Positions 27,550 to 41,749 of a stretch of 64,000 bases of DNA are shown here, piece by piece. Both the position numbers and the translations under genes were made by a program. The notes beneath the pieces were generated by a model, which was not told the DNA's origin, made no database searches, and was given only the letters and a program-made list of their open reading frames with translations. Position 1 is the first letter of the stretch; the number at the start of each line of letters is the position of its first letter. The stretch spans positions 270,072,001-270,136,000 of the forward strand of contig OZ024740.1 of the NCBI GenBank assembly GCA_964016885.1, written 5' to 3'. Source of the DNA: Eledone cirrhosa (taxonomy: Eukaryota).

Positions 27550-28134
27550 TATAAATTACAGAATAATCAAAACTATGTTCAAAACATTTTATTGCTGACA
27601 ATCGTTTCTTCCAAACTTTCGTTTGAAATTATCCGAGCACTAGCAAAGTTTAGACATATAATTAACCTCCTATTCCACAGAACAATAGTAAAGATACATA
27701 GATGTTAATATTGTCATTAACAGTGTCATATTTAAAGAGTGAAGATGATGTGATAAGTATCAGTCGATGCGACAAAGATTATAAAAGAAGCGTACAACAA
27801 TTATAGAGGAAATAAAGAAGAAAGTTACTCGCAATATGAGGACATTAGCGGTACATAGGCAAACGTATAGAAAGCGTGCAGAGATATTAGGCACTCTTTC
27901 TATAATCTTTGTCGCATCGACTGATACTGACCACATCATCTTCACTCTTTAAATATGACACTGTTAATGACAACATTGACATCTATGTATTTTTACGATT
28001 GTTCTGTGGAACAGGAGTTTAATTATATGGCTAAACATTGCCAGTGCTCCGATGATTCCAAACGAAAGTTTGGAAGAAACGATTGTCAGCAATAAAATAT
28101 TTTGAACATAGTTTTGATTATTCTGGAATTTATA
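27550..28134. repeat. Fold-back element, ~240-bp arms and ~105-bp spacer, with a hammerhead in each arm
   Basis: 27550-27788 is the reverse complement of 27895-28134. Confidence 0.9.
28045..28091 (+). ncRNA. Type I hammerhead (U4C core variant)
   Basis: tgct-CCGATGA-ttccaaac gaaa gtttggaa-GAAA-cgattg-TC-agca; 8-bp stem II with GNRA loop. The mirror copy at 27593-27639 (-) has a decayed core, CGGATAA. Confidence 0.8.
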
Positions 28135-28684
28135 TATATATATATAATAATTGTAATCTGAGTTTTTCGATTATTAATAATAACATTCGATTCGTTTGCA
28201 ATTATGCAAACAAGCCTCAATTTGATAACCATGTCAGTAGAATGAACACTTCATTCTTGCTCTTGTGTTGGCATACGAACAGAACTACAAACACTAATGT
28301 TTCTGGGTATCACCCTTCATCTGTACAGCTCACTGTTCATCTGCCAAGCTGTCAGAGCTAGTAAAAATATATCCTATTTTCAAAAATACACTGTGACTGA
28401 TCGGCCTGATTTGCATGTTAGCAGACTGGCTGATCAGTCCGATCTGCATATTAGCAGATCCACTGATCAGCCAGATTTGCATACCAGCAAACTGGTCAGT
28501 CAGTTTCCTGTATACGAGCCAGTCTACTGGTATGCAAATCTGGCTGATCAGTGGATCTGCTAATATGCAGATCGGACTGATCAGCCAGTCTGCTAACATG
28601 CAAATCATGCCGATCAGTCACAGTGTATTTTTGAAAATAGCATATATTTTCCCTAGCTCTGTCAGCTTGGCAGGTGAACAGTGA

Positions 28685-28730
28685 GCTGTACTGATGAAGG
28701 GTGATACCCAGAAACATTAGTGTCTGCAGT
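28685..28730 (+). ncRNA. Type I hammerhead ribozyme with intact core
   Basis: gctgta-CTGATGA-a gggt gat accc a-GAAA-cattagtg-TC-tgcagt. The mirror copy at 28284-28329 (-) has CAGATGA. Confidence 0.85.
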
Positions 28731-28846
28731 TTTGTTCGCATGCCAATACAAGAGCAGAAATGAAGTATTCATTCTACTGACATGGCTATAACATTGAGGC
28801 TTGTTTGCATAATTTCAAACGAATCGAATGTTATTATTATTTGTAG

Positions 28847-29038
28847 GGCGGTGAAGTGGCAGTATCAGTAGAGGGTTGGACGCCATGCTTTCTAGCATAG
28901 TTACGTCCCTTTACGGTCTGAGTTCAAATCCCGTCGAGGTTAACTTTGCCTTTAATCCTTACGGGATCGGTAAAATAAAGTACCAGTAATGCACTAGGTA
29001 ATTGCTGGCCTTGTGCCTAAAATAGAAACAATTATTAA
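28847..29038 (+). mobile_element. tRNA-derived SINE inserted in the fold-back arm
   Basis: ggcggtgaagtggcagtatcagtagagg...gagttcaaatcccg...aattattaa. Confidence 0.9.
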
Positions 29039-29093
29039 TATTCGAAAACCTCAGATTACATATATTGTATTCAGCCATGTAGAGGGAAATTTT

Positions 29094-29156
<63 letters not shown>

Positions 29157-30012
29157 TGCGTGTGTGTTTGTGTGAGACAGGGAGAGTGTGTGTGTACGTT
29201 ACTGTGTGTGTGCATGTGTGTATGTATGTTTATATATTTATATACATTATAGGTGGTTATAGTGGAATAATTGATTATTTTGGGTAAGGTGAAAGAAGCT
29301 CTATGCACAGTACAATCCAAGGTTAATCATGTGTTTAAAACGGCCGATGAAGTCTTCTACAATTGAAATTCTTGTTGCTGAGAACAGCGCAGATAGCAGA
29401 GCATTAATATTCTTTCATTTCTACGTCCGTTTCAATACGTTTACAATATTTAATACATATGTAAACAGTCATCGACACCATATATGATATATATAACCAT
29501 AATATCTATAGAAATAATAGCTAAACAATGCTTTTCTTTTAAACCTGATTATTGCTACCTATTAGATAGTTTCCACTCTTGCAAGTCGCACAACAAAGGG
29601 ACTAACTATATGAGAAAAATAATTAATAGCATTGTAAATGACATAAACATTGTACCCCAGCCTATAATTTTGCACTGTCAAAAAACTTCATGTACAAAAT
29701 ATATTTCTTGACTCTTATTGCTTGTTCTACCGTCAGTGCATTGTCTCGATATGTTGTTTTATCTTGTAACCATTTGAAATTGGTGAACTTAGTTGTGTCT
29801 CACATTTTCCTGAAGAGTGGTGTTTATAATTAATAGTTGATAATTGATACATATGCATCTATCATTGTAACCGTATTGGAACGAACGTAGAAATGAAAGA
29901 ATGAATGTAAGTTGTTAACCTTGGTCTTTTGTTAAATGTATATATATACATATATATATAGTAATAATAATAAATTTGAAGACTAAAATCCAAATACATA
30001 TATATATATCTA

Positions 30013-30105
<93 letters not shown>

Positions 30106-30181
30106 CTATATATAAAATCTAATATATATATATATATATATACGTTATACATTGCAGAGTATAAAAGTTTTAATATAGATG

Positions 30182-30232
30182 AGATTCTACAGGACTAGAA
30201 CTGTTTCATTCTTTAGAAATCATCAGGAATCT
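30182..30232 (-). ncRNA. Type I hammerhead ribozyme in a PLE pLTR-like segment
   Basis: agattc-CTGATGA-tttctaaagaat-GAAA-cag ttctagtc ctg-TA-gaatct. Confidence 0.85.
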
Positions 30233-30532
30233 GGGTATCAAAAAATAAGTATGGTATTTATAGGTCTCTTCAAGTGGTAGGAGAGGGTAGGGAGTGGGTT
30301 GGGTGTAGGTCATTGGTTGATAGAAAAGGGAATTCATTAAAAGCTAAATTCTTTAAGGTTCTACTAAGTGACAAAGGCCTAGAGAATTTTGTAGACAAAT
30401 TCAAAATATTGAGTGCATATCATACCATTATCTTCAAGTTTCTCTTAAACTATTCAACTATATGCCAAAAATCAACAGACACATTCACAAACACAATCAC
30501 TCACACACACAAACACCCACACATACATATAT

Positions 30533-30583
<51 letters not shown>

Positions 30584-30599
30584 TATGTATACAACAACT

Positions 30600-31000
30600 G
30601 TCTAAAAAAAGATCTCGTGTATATATGCGATGTACTCTCAGGCCCCGATGAAAAAAGAAACTCGTACATCGGGATGACTTCTAATAGTTTTAAGACTCGC
30701 TGGTACGCCCACACACATTCGTTCCGGTGCCCAGACAAATCTAATCAAACTACACTCGCCGCCCACATCTGGCACCTAAAAAGGAACTCCATCCCCTTCA
30801 AGACCCAATGGAGACTACTCCAGAGAGCGCGATCATACACGGGAGGCCATAATTGCTCTGACCTCTGTATCTCCGAGAGCTATGAGATTCTATTCGCCAA
30901 AGGCCCTCTCCTCAACAAGATCTCGGAACACTCCCCTAATTGCATGCACAAGAACTATGCAAATTACAAAAACTACAGACCCCCCGGCCCCCCGACTGAC
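30600..31000 (+). mobile_element. Penelope-like GIY-YIG endonuclease fragment
   Basis: YICDV..SYIGMTSNSFKTRWYAHTHSF..TTLAAHIWHLK..WRLL..SYTGGH..DLCISE..LLNK..CMH; homologous to 13219-13620. Confidence 0.9.
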
Positions 31001-31244
31001 CCCCCCCCCCTCATAACACCACCCCACCCCATCCCCCCTTCCCATTTCCGTCCCTCCATCTCTCATTATTACCCTCTTTCCTCCCCTCTATCTCTCATTA
31101 TTACCTTCTTTCCTCTCCTCCAGGTCTTATATATTGTGTTGTATGCCTCTGAGTAAAGTTCCGTGGCCGCACACACAAATTCACGTATATACCTGCTCAT
31201 GTTTACATACGTGCAGTTATGAACTGCTGCACGCATACGTTCAT

Positions 31245-31943
31245 GATTTATTTATCTATTTAACTTGTATATTTATTTAGTTATTTATTTATTTATTTAT
31301 TTAGTTACTTTATTTACTTATTTATTTATTTATCCATTCTTATTTAGTTATTTATTTATTTATTTATTTAGTTACTTTATTTACTTATTTATTTATTTAT
31401 TCATTCATTTATTTATTTACTTGTTTATTTATTTACTTATTTACTGGTTTATTCGTTTATCTGCTTGTTTGTTTGTTCGTTTGTTAGTTAACTCTTTCAT
31501 TTATTTATTAATTTATGAGTGAATGATTAGGTATTAGATAAAGGATAAAAGATAGGTAACGAATAGTGAATGGTAAATAGTAAGTAATAAATAATAAATA
31601 GTAATTAATTACTTGATGATACTATTAATAACTTAATAGTGACATTAATTATTTTAATCCTCTATCAGGCCCAGTTTAAAATTTAAAATTTGTCCCACTA
31701 CCTTTATATTATAGACACATGTATGAATGCGAACGAGTGCGAGTTTGTGCATATGCGTTTGTGTACTTATTTGTATGTATGCGTGTTTGCTTGTAAATGT
31801 GTATGCGTGTGTATGTATGTGCGTATATATATATGTATGTGTGTGTGTGTATGTATATGTATGTATGTATGTATGTATATGTATGTATATATATATATAT
31901 ATATGCATATATATATATGTATATATATATGTATATGTATGGG

Positions 31944-31996
<53 letters not shown>

Positions 31997-32163
31997 TTAT
32001 ATATGTATGTGTGTGTGTATGTGTATATATGTATATATATGTGTGAATGTATGTGTTTGTGTGTGTGTGTGTATGTATGTGTATGTATGTGTGTGCAAAT
32101 GTATGTATGTGTATGTATAGTATAGTTTACACGAGAGAGACATACGTACTTGTAGGTGTGTAT

Positions 32164-32201
<38 letters not shown>

Positions 32202-32273
32202 ATGTATGCATATATGTATATATATATATATGTATATGTATATATGTATGTGTATGCGCGCGTGTGTATGTGT

Positions 32274-32328
<55 letters not shown>

Positions 32329-32487
32329 AGTGTGTGTGTATGTGTATGCGTGTGTGTGTGTATATTTGTGTGTTTGTGTTTTTCCTGTGTATATATGTAT
32401 ATATGTGTATATATGTATATATGTGTATGTATGTGTGTGTGTGTGTGTATATGTATGTGTGTGTGTGTGTATGTGTATGCGCACACA

Positions 32488-32522
<35 letters not shown>

Positions 32523-32640
32523 GTGTATGTGTATGTGTATGTGTGTGTGAATGTGTAGGTGTGCCCACACACACACACATATGTATGTGTGCGTGTATAT
32601 ATATGTAAGTATATATGTATGTGTGTAAGTGTTTTTGTAT
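31245..32640. repeat. (TTTA)n followed by complex (TA)/(TG) low-complexity tract
   Basis: Directly visible. Confidence 0.9.
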
Positions 32641-33095
32641 GTGGTTGTGAGTATGTAAATATATTTTATTCTTTCCATCCTACTAAAACACTCTGGCCAC
32701 CTGTGGCTTATATGTTAACTTGACCACTCACCCCAGTCTGTGCCATGATTCGGTCTTGTTAAATGTTTAATTTCTATTACCAACCCACCTAAAAAATTTC
32801 CCTACTATATATCTGTTGAATTACTATTCTTGGGGTCTTTATTTATTTTTTTTTTGTATATTTCTTTCTTTATTTTATTTATTTATTCATTTATCTATTT
32901 ATTTATTCATTTATTTATTTATTTACTTATTTATTTATTTCAAAAAAGCACTCTGGCTAATTGACCACTCCCCATAGAAAAAACGGCCTGTGCCATGAAG
33001 TGGTCCTGTGTATCTAAATACCACCCACCCCCCATCCACCACCCCTCCCTTGCCACTACCTAAATGTATAAATACCAGAACTTAATATGACACCC

Positions 33096-33146
33096 AGCTT
33101 CCTGAAGATTTCATCTGAATGAAACAGTACTAGTCCTGTAGAAGCT
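33096..33146 (+). ncRNA. Type I hammerhead ribozyme with intact core
   Basis: agcttc-CTGAAGA-tttcatctgaat-GAAA-cag tactagtc ctg-TA-gaagct; same family as 30182, with a compensatory stem I change. Confidence 0.85.
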
Positions 33147-33232
33147 CCTTCTATAAAATAAAAAAATTTTACTCTGCCATGTATTGAGTACCTTACTTAC
33201 TGTGGTTATCCCCGACTCAACCCGGGACCTAC

Positions 33233-33861
<629 letters not shown>

Positions 33862-33866
<5 letters not shown>

Positions 33867-35160
33867 TACTTGGGGAGGGTCATATTTTAGTAATATTGCC
33901 AGAATTAATAACAGAACACAGTCACTGTTTGGTTGGTTTTCGCTTCTCGCTTCTGTGTCTTTTATATCGGTAATCTAACTTACTCGGTCCTCAATGTTGC
34001 CATTGACTGACCGACGGTCAAAAATAATACAGATACAATATAGACACAAACACATATATATAGTTTATCATAAATCTTTCGTTGCACATCTGCAACATCG
34101 TCAGTGGTGTTATATCTTCCTCCTGTTGCATTGTATGTCTACGCCATTTTTATTCAGTCTGTCTATATATATATTTATTTATTTGCTTGTTTGTTTATTT
34201 TATTTTGTCTTCTTTGCGCATGCGTTTGCGTGTGTGTATCGTGTTTTGTTGACTAGTGTGTGTTTATGTGCTTGTTGTTATTGTGCTTGTGTATTTATTT
34301 ATTTATTTATTTATTTTATTTTATTTACTTATTTATACTTCTCTTAGGTCAGTGTTGTTTGTTTGGGTGTTGTTGTTATTCCATTCATTTTTTCTGTTTA
34401 GCCTTGGTCTTCTAATTTCTATTTCACTGCCCTCTCTGATTTGCCTATCTGCTGGGTCATTTCTATGTTTAGATATTATTCTAATTTCTATGTTCTCTAT
34501 GTTACCGTCATGTTGTCTAGCATGTTCGTATAGTACTGACCCGTTTTTTCGTCCTTTTAGTTCCCCCCAGTGTTGGTCTATCCTTTCACCTATGCTACGA
34601 GCTGTCTCACCTATGTATGTTGTTGTCATGTTTCTGCAAGTACCCTCTGTACATCTTATGCTATAGACTACGTTTCTAGTTTTACAGTTTATCCGGGGGT
34701 TCACCTTACATATGATACATTTCCTATTGGTACAGTGGGTTTTCTTAAAAGGGTAGGTTTTGCTGATCAGGGATTTTATGGTGGTTCCTGGCTTTTCTAC
34801 CACCTTTATTTTTAAGTGGTTCTTTCTCAGGGCCTTTCTAAACTGGTTAGATAATTTTCCTCCAGGGGTGGCGTCCACAAACATGACACTCTGATATCTC
34901 TGGTTGTCGTACCATGAGGTTGCTTTCCCTATCTTATGTCTAGCCCTATCTAAGCTATTCCATGATTTGCTCCTGTATAATGGGCAAATTCCTTTCATGT
35001 CCAGTTCTATGAGGGTCTTATACTTTTCCATGGCTCCTTCGTATACTCTGACTCTGTCTCTTTGGGTGTAGCCAGAGAACTGCATGCGGTTGATGAAGTG
35101 TTGGATGTGTCTTTCCATTTCTGTTGGGTCGCACATGCGGGACACATTCTTCATCACTCG
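33862..35160 (-). mobile_element. 5'-truncated Penelope-like element of a second type (ORF 34333-35157: RT thumb, Cys linker, GIY-YIG with CCHH)
   Basis: RMQFSGY, PLYR, VMFVDATPGG.L, IKVVEKPG, CTNRKCIIC..C..NVVYSIRC..C..YIGETARS..ER..QH..EH..H..RQIREG..LNRKNEW. Nematis-like (inference). Confidence 0.9.
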
Positions 35161-35223
35161 TAATTAAATTTATTGTCAAGTAGATACATTGTCTAAAGTA
35201 TAATGATTAACGCAGAGTTTTCA

Positions 35224-35380
<157 letters not shown>

Positions 35381-35551
35381 ATATATCGTAATAAAATAAT
35401 ATTTATTATATTATATTAAATCACTATATTAGTTCTACCTTCATGGGAAGAATGAACTCTAAATAATAAATATGTTATTGTACAATATAACTATATTTGC
35501 ACAAACTATATATAGCGTTAAACCGAAACGCTAATTATGATCAAGTTATTA

Positions 35552-36407
35552 TCTATATATATAAAACTGTGGTTGTCTGTCTGTCTATCGATTTTTGGCA
35601 CACATCTCCTCTTAGAATCTCTCACGGAATTGCACCGAAATTGCTATACTTGTACATTGAGCCCTAGCGAAGACATCGGAAAAAAAAATTTCAAATTGAC
35701 CCACCCTATGTGACGAAATCGAATATAATGTATTTTCGAGCGTAAGTTATCAGTTATTTCCCTTTGTTCTGTTTACATTGAGCGTCTTACGTAAAAAATT
35801 ACGCTGGCTTTAACAGTTGTCGAGCCAGCAAAATATTGACCTGCAAAATTCATCAGTTCGAACACTAAGCTTCCGTTTTGCTTCATTTCCATTTAAAAGC
35901 ATTTTAAAACAATATTTTTACTTGAAAACAAGTCTATTTAAAGACTACGTAAAACAAGCAAATATTTCGTCGTTAGGCGTGCAGACAGACAGTCGTGCAG
36001 AGAGGTGATATACGCGTGCAGACAGACAGTCGTGCAGAGAGGTGATATAGGCGTGCAGACAGACAGTCGTGCAGAGAGGTGATATAGGCGTGCAGACAGA
36101 CATAACTGATAATTTGGTTACGCTAATGTTTTTCTCTGCGTTGCAGTGTTTACATTTTCGATCTTTGTTAATAAATAACCAGTGCAGTTTCTATCCCCAG
36201 CATCCTCTTTTGTTATAACATTCGGGTTATCGTTATGTTTTCTTAACTTCATAAGGCATATTGTTGGTTGAGGGAATATTAATCAAAAACACCACATGCA
36301 AGTCTGCACAGTAGACACTACAGTTTTTAAGCCAAGAAAGAAACTTAACATTGTAACTTTAACACAGCTACTGAGCGACCCCGAGCAACGCCGGGCTTTA
36401 CTGCTAG
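35552..36407 (+). mobile_element. Non-autonomous Helitron with internal 37-bp minisatellite (35974-36102)
   Basis: A|TCTATATATATAAAA start; hairpin cccgagcaacgccggg followed by CTAG|T end. Confidence 0.85.
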
Positions 36408-36899
36408 TACATTATAAATATAGATGCAAAAAAAAACAAATGCAGAGATATATGGAACTAATAGTATGATTATGTTATGATACAATATACACATATTTGC
36501 AAAAAATTAGGTATAGAGAGATATACTAAGTATTAATGAGACAGTATACTTTTGGTAAATGATTACGATTATAATCTTATATAATAGATTCAAACATGCA
36601 AAAGTTAAATACATACATATATATAAAAGAATGTAAACGCGTGAATGATTCACAGTTCAAAATAAGGTCCGTAAAAATTTACAGGTTGGATATTTGAACT
36701 ATATTTAAAACATAGATAGAAAAATAAAGATAGAGTAATAATGGTATGGATCAAAGTTAATAATTTTATGTTATTAAACAAGTGTCATTCATTCAAACGT
36801 TATTTCTTTTGTAGATAGTTATAAGATAAAGCAATATTAAAGGCAATTAAGGTTTTCAACTGTTGATTATGTACGTCTAAAAACCAAGTTTAGTTGCTT

Positions 36900-38222
36900 A
36901 GTGTTTTTTCCTGGTCTTATGGGAGGCTTGGAATGTAGACAATGCTTTATGAAGGCAATTAGAGAATAATTCATTCTTTTTGTTAATTAAGGCCTCATAA
37001 TTCTTAATAATCAACAGGGTCTCCATTGTACAAAGCGCGCAGTTACTTGATATACTTGAGTTGCGGTAAACTCCCCTATTCCGAAGTTTCGTCCAAAAAA
37101 TAAAGTATTTTAAATTTTTCTCTTTTAATGACCATATAAGCTGTGATAAAGAAGTGGATGATTTCCTCTTGGAGTTCGAAAATGAGCATTTATGGTTCGC
37201 AAATCTGGCTTTAAATGTAGAAGTCTATCCTATGTAGTTGTATGTGTTGTAATCAGTTTTTACGGTGCATTTATACACCAAATTACTATCTAAACAATTA
37301 TTTTGCAGAGGGCAATCAATTTTATTTCTACAATTACATTTTGGTTTATTATCATTTATGTTAACGCTATTATTAAGATCATTATGCTGATTATGCTTTA
37401 GAATTTTAGTGTTTAATTTAACAATGTTTTGGGCCATATTCATAGTTGTAGAATAAGACAATTTAATGGTGTGTCTATTAAAAATGGAATGGTATTTATG
37501 TTGAGTAGGGAAAGAGGTGTCCAAAGCGTTAAAGAATAATTTTGCAATTGGTGTTCTAACTGCTACCGAAGCAGGGGGAGGGGGGACTATATGACTGATT
37601 TAGTTCCAGTTCTTTTCCTCAATTTGTTTGGCGTATGGGTGTTTGAATTATAATTATTAGAGTTTCGTTTATATATGCCATTATTTTTATCAGGATTAAA
37701 ACTTGGATTATTATTATCTACATATTCTATATTATTCTCATATCCTGCTCGTTTTAACGCATTCTTGTAGTATGCTGCCTTATCATCAAATATAGCTTTA
37801 TTGGCTGATATTCTATTGATGCGTTTTTGCACACAATTTACTATACCCTTTTTTTTACAGATTTAGGGTGATTGGAATGGTTACTAACATAGTTTAAGTT
37901 TTCATTGGGCTTATGAAAAAGGTAATAAAAGCCAGAGTTTAAGTTAAACGTAACGTCTAGGAAATTAACTATTTTGGTACCATTTTCTACTTCTAACTTA
38001 AGGTCATACATTTTAAAGAATTCTATTATACTTTTCTTTACTCTACTTAGTTCAATATTGTTGTGTTTGACCACCGTAAATAAAATGTCGTCCCTATATA
38101 AACCACCGGTAATCTCTGGCGGTTTTCTATTTATCGTATTTAATATAAAAATTCTCAGAAGATCTGTGATTTGCGCAGAATCAGATGCCCCCATAGTAAT
38201 ATCAAAGTTTCTATTTCTATCT
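36900..38222 (-). mobile_element. Decayed Penelope-like element: RT core through GIY-YIG
   Basis: FDITMGASDSA, GGLYRDD, VNFLDVTFNL, SNHP, KRINRIS, ALKRAGY, IKLSYS, CNCRNKIDCPLQNNC, LVY..YIG; several frameshifts and stops. Confidence 0.9.
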
Positions 38223-38224
38223 GA

Positions 38225-38341
<117 letters not shown>

Positions 38342-39968
38342 ACTTCCACTAAACACATATACACATATACATCAACATTCTTAATTTGATAAATAAATAT
38401 TTTTGTTCGTAGAAATCATATTGTTTGCCGTATTCATGTTTAAAACAAAGTAGAAACTCTGCTTTTCATAGTCATTGTACTGGTGAAAGTTAAGAGGATT
38501 TAAATGTGCATCATTGGACTCTAACTGCTTCAGATAAAACATTCAACCCAGTGAAAGTTTTAGAATTAATCATTGTTATAATAATCTTTTATGCACTTTC
38601 AATTGTGTTTGAAACTGTGTAGGCGAATCAGAATTTGTATTCCGTGATCTTGGAGAAAGGTTTAACTAATTAGTTATAAGGAATAATTTAGTATTATCGT
38701 ATTGATTTCAAATACCTTCTGAGTGTGTTAACGCTTTTCTTTGAAGAAAATCTATAATTTAGTATGTTCACTGGTGAAAATCACGAACACTATTATGCTG
38801 CCACATCTAAATCTTTGTTTTGTCGGCGTCCATCTTATCTAAAATTTGATCATCTCAGACGTCTATGTTTGTCACCTGGGAGGTGATAATTTTGAATCAA
38901 AGTAAGACGGGATTTTTGAAAAATACAAACATTTTGGGGGGTTTCTGTTTGTAGATAGCGTGAGATTTTAACAACAAGCTGAAAACCAATTCTAGATTCT
39001 TTCAATGTAATTGTAATGGTGTCTCCATATGGATTTCTCTTTAGTTGTGATGAAATTTCTCCTTTAAGTAATCCATTGTCCGCGTTCAAGCTCTTGAATT
39101 TTTTCTTCTCGTATATCATTGATTCATTTCTATATTGGACACGTTTACTTAGTATACGCAACTTACTGACGCACTTCTATAGATTGCTTCATGTATATTA
39201 TTTAATGGAGTATAACATTTCGGTTAGATTCTTTGTAGTATATCTGAAGTAGGTGATGACAAAAAAACTTACTTATATTACAAATAGATACTCATTGACA
39301 AATATGTAATAGAATAGTAGAATCCTCTTTGCATTTCACTTAGAATTCAGAAGCCTCTTTCTCCAGTAAAATGATATTACGTTAGTAAAGAGTTTCAGAA
39401 TTCAGTAGAAAAAGGACTATTCATTCAATCAACAATACACCATTTATTGGTTTAGACGATGCGCATTCAGTTATTCAATCAACTAATCTAGATGTTACCC
39501 ATTACTTAATATAAACAGGACTGAGAATTCCGCATAACCTTTTATTCCTTAAGTCATTCAAGAATTTCAAGTGCTGGTGCAGTAAGGCGCCCATTTCAGC
39601 ATTCGCTCATCAGAAGAAAAGAGGTAGGTGTAAAAGCAAACCTCATTATGTTCAATTTGGTAATTGTTCCAACATTTACATATCGTCGTGGATCTTGTGT
39701 AATAACTGAAAGAATATGATCGCGAATACAAGCACCCAAAATGACCGATTCTAATGACTAAACACAATAAAAGAGTAAAAGACTATTACATATATCAACA
39801 AATTTATGTTATTTATAAGGTACATAATTATAAGAAAAATGTTTGATTTATCGTATAATTAAACTATAATAAGGGAAGTTTGAAAACCTTTATTTATCTA
39901 ATGCTAAGTGAGCTAACTACCATCCACCCCAACTGTTGATTAAATAGCCTCACCAACCCGCAATCGGC

Positions 39969-40037
39969 CAAACGTGGACCAAAATGAAACGTGACCAAAA
40001 TCAAACGTGACCAAAATCAAACGTGACCAAAATGAAA
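39969..40037. repeat. 16-bp tandem repeat x4 (aaacgtgaccaaaatS)
   Basis: Directly visible; resembles DNA-transposon subterminal repeats. Confidence 0.85.
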
Positions 40038-40522
40038 TAGAAAGCGGTGGAGGTCAACCAGAGAAGGGTTTTTCCAACCAGAGAAAGAAGGCCCTAGATT
40101 GGATTGGATCGAAATTATAGTAGTGCAAAATGGTGAAGGAGTTATTAGAAAGTGTAGAAGGGGAGTAGGAGAGAAGTGTGGAAAATTGAAAAAACGAATA
40201 TGACGTTATGAACTTAAACGCAGTTCAATAATATAAACGGGTGAATACATGCTCGGAATATAAAGAACTTTCAGTGATATAAAATTAATTGAAGATATTT
40301 TATTTTAGACATTTGGCGAAGAAAATATATAACGGAAAATCTAATAATATGTAAATAACATCCCGACCCCTTTAGTAAAAGCACCTACACAATTATTTCA
40401 AATACAAAATTAAAAGTTACTCTCCAACCTAACCCTATAGACGTAATATGCCCAGCATGTTTTACTTTTCCCCATACAGAAGACCAATGCGCATCTTCCG
40501 TACGTAAAGAAATTACATGTGT

Positions 40523-40597
<75 letters not shown>

Positions 40598-40606
<9 letters not shown>

Positions 40607-40923
40607 ATACTTTGGGAGGGTCATGTTGCCAATAAGAAACACACACACCAGTTTAGGAATTTATAAATTTCACTGAAGAGGTCACAGAATGTGTGACGAA
40701 AGAACTTTGACAATATATGAACAATCGTCTGGTTGTGGAACCAACCAACCAACTGGAAATTTATAAATTCCTAAATTTATAAATTTAATTTATAATAAAT
40801 TGAAGTGAAAGCAACTGGTGCGTGTGTTTCTTATTGGCAACATGACCCTCCCAAAGTATAACAATATCGGTTTCAACACACGTTTTCAGATAAAGAATCT
40901 TGCCAAACAAATTCAGAAAAACG

Positions 40924-40927
<4 letters not shown>
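40598..40927 (+). mobile_element. Short pLTR-like element with partial inversion and a hammerhead motif (40670-40710)
   Basis: 40598-40653 is inverted at 40813-40867. HHR reads tca-CTGAAGA-g gtcaca gaatg tgtgac-GAAA-gaac-TT-tga. Flanked by (TA)n. Confidence 0.75.
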
Positions 40928-40963
<36 letters not shown>

Positions 40964-41323
40964 TAAAATAACAGATTAAAGTTTAAGCAAAGAATCGCTG
41001 CTTTCACCCTTAGTATATATATATGGGGGGTTGGGTATACACATATCTCTCCAAAATGACTGACAGAATATGCACATACTTTTTTTCTCATTTTTGTTCC
41101 ATTCCTTCCTCCCCTCACTCTTTATCTTTCTATTTCATCTTTTATTTCTCGTTCTATCTTCTAGAGTACGGCTACTGTCTAGAACGTTAAGACTCCTTTC
41201 CTATTATTTCAAGTGTTAAACAAAAATATTGTTTCATAGTACTGAGTCATTTGCTCTGTTATTTCTGTTTATTTTTTACACACACACACACATATATATA
41301 TATTTATATATATTTAAATATGT

Positions 41324-41402
<79 letters not shown>

Positions 41403-41405
41403 GTT

Positions 41406-41710
41406 ATATTGTTATACTTTCGGAGGGTCATGCTGCCAATAAAAATACACGGACCTCTTAGTTTTCAATTCAACTTATTAAAACCCAGCCACTGAGGAGG
41501 TCATAGAATGTGTGACGAAAGAGCTTTGACATTATATAAACAACCATCCGGTTATCGAGACAACCAACCAACCAACTAGAAATTTATAATAAATTGAAGT
41601 GAAATTGCGTGTGTTTTTATTGCAGCATGATCCTCCCAAAGTATAACAATATCTGTTTCAACACACGTTTTCGGATAAGAAATCTTGACAAACAAATTCA
41701 AAAATGAATA
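41406..41710 (+). mobile_element. Second copy of the pLTR-like inverted element with a hammerhead motif (41490-41529)
   Basis: Homologous to 40598-40927; CTGAGGA-g gtcata gaatg tgtgac-GAAA-gagc-TT-tg. Confidence 0.75.
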
Positions 41711-41749
41711 TATACATATATATACATATATATATGTATATATATAATG

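Larger units (their letters stand above)
28152..29060. repeat. Fold-back element, ~345-bp arms with internal 33-bp tandem repeats and a hammerhead in each arm; right arm interrupted by a SINE
   Basis: 28152-28495 is the reverse complement of 28518-28840 plus 29031-29060. Confidence 0.9.

Noticed and set aside
28297-28741. Mirror-image ORFs with 11-aa repeats
   Set aside because: By-product of the 33-bp minisatellite within the fold-back arms.
35974-36102. 37-bp repeats of CRISPR-like size
   Set aside because: Contiguous tandem units with no spacers, inside a Helitron, in eukaryotic DNA.
38850-39161. 103-aa minus-strand ORF
   Set aside because: No recognisable motif or splice support.
39575-39620. 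Minus-strand CTGATGA-gcgaatgct-GAAA hammerhead-like motif
   Set aside because: No stem I complementarity, and stem II register is off.
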